DNA of 64,000 nt, from positions 13,182 to 77,181 of IMG/VR virus record IMGVR_UViG_3300011763_000009; one strand, given 5' to 3'. Under the pieces are notes generated by a model. It did no database searches. It was not told the origin of the DNA and worked only from the letters and a program-made list of their open reading frames with translations. The stretch's first letter is position 1. Each line of letters starts with the position of its first letter. Below are positions 63,807 to 64,000 of this stretch, one piece after another. This DNA comes from a virus. Both the position numbers and the translations under genes were made by a program.

Positions 63807-64000
63807 TTAACCTTCGGTGCGCTGCTGCATTACTTCCTTAGAGCGGTCCCAGTATTCCTCGCACTTTTGCATCGCTAGACGGCACGAGGGAGCATAACCA
63901 AGATTGGGTGTGGGGGGCGTGCCCTTAAAGGTGCGAGGGTACCAACCCGCCCATTGCCACTTGCCCTTCGTCGGGCCGTGCATCTCTTTCCTCACTCGGC
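63807..64000 (-). CDS. Hypothetical protein, probably 5'-truncated by the window edge
   Basis: ...RKEMHGPTKGKWQWAG...CEEYWD; convergent with the MTase. Confidence 0.55.
   Translation of the reverse strand, partial: RVRKEMHGPTKGKWQWAGWYPRTFKGTPPTPNLGYAPSCRLAMQKCEEYWDRSKEVMQQRTEG

Larger units (their letters stand above)
22494..64000. mobile_element. Mu-like transposable prophage with non-contractile tail (right end probably beyond the window)
   Basis: Order c-ner-A-B-gemA-mor/C-lysis-gp25..gp30-I-T-tail-com; candidate TG ends at 22494 or 22501. Confidence 0.93.

Noticed and set aside
1..64000. CRISPR array, rRNA or a recognisable defence island
   Set aside because: No repeat-spacer pattern, cas genes or known defence-gene motifs seen

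Overview
GC-rich DNA, probably alphaproteobacterial and Rhizobiaceae-like (inferred from gene content and the GTTC-N7-GTTC SOS box), made up entirely of two prophages. (1) 1 to ~22.5 kb is the right part of a lambdoid/HK97-like prophage. On the minus strand it carries a ClpP-type head protease (partial), portal, terminase large and small subunits, an HNH nuclease, a NusG-family putative late antiterminator, an iteron-bearing replication initiator, a C5 methyltransferase, a ParB/MT-A70 fusion, CII, a tRNA-Met(CAT)-like gene and Cro. CI with its operators follows, then a plus-strand arm (DUF5131, beta clamp, ASCH, excisionase, tyrosine integrase). (2) ~22.5 kb to the window end is a nearly complete Mu-like transposable siphoprophage (repressor, Ner, ParB, MuA, MuB, GemA, Mor/C, lysis, head, non-contractile tail, Com), apparently inserted in the last codons of the first prophage's integrase. 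Most notable: in place of mom, a C5 methyltransferase split over two fully overlapping reading frames that may start from one GTGTG behind com; a NusG paralogue followed by a structured leader and terminator at the lambda-Q position; a retroviral-type double CCHC zinc-knuckle microprotein in the tail operon; a LexA-boxed zinc-finger gene in the immunity region; and a deviant initiator-like tRNA in a hairpin-rich cro-cII spacer. All family calls come from motif recognition by eye and gene order; no database searches were run.
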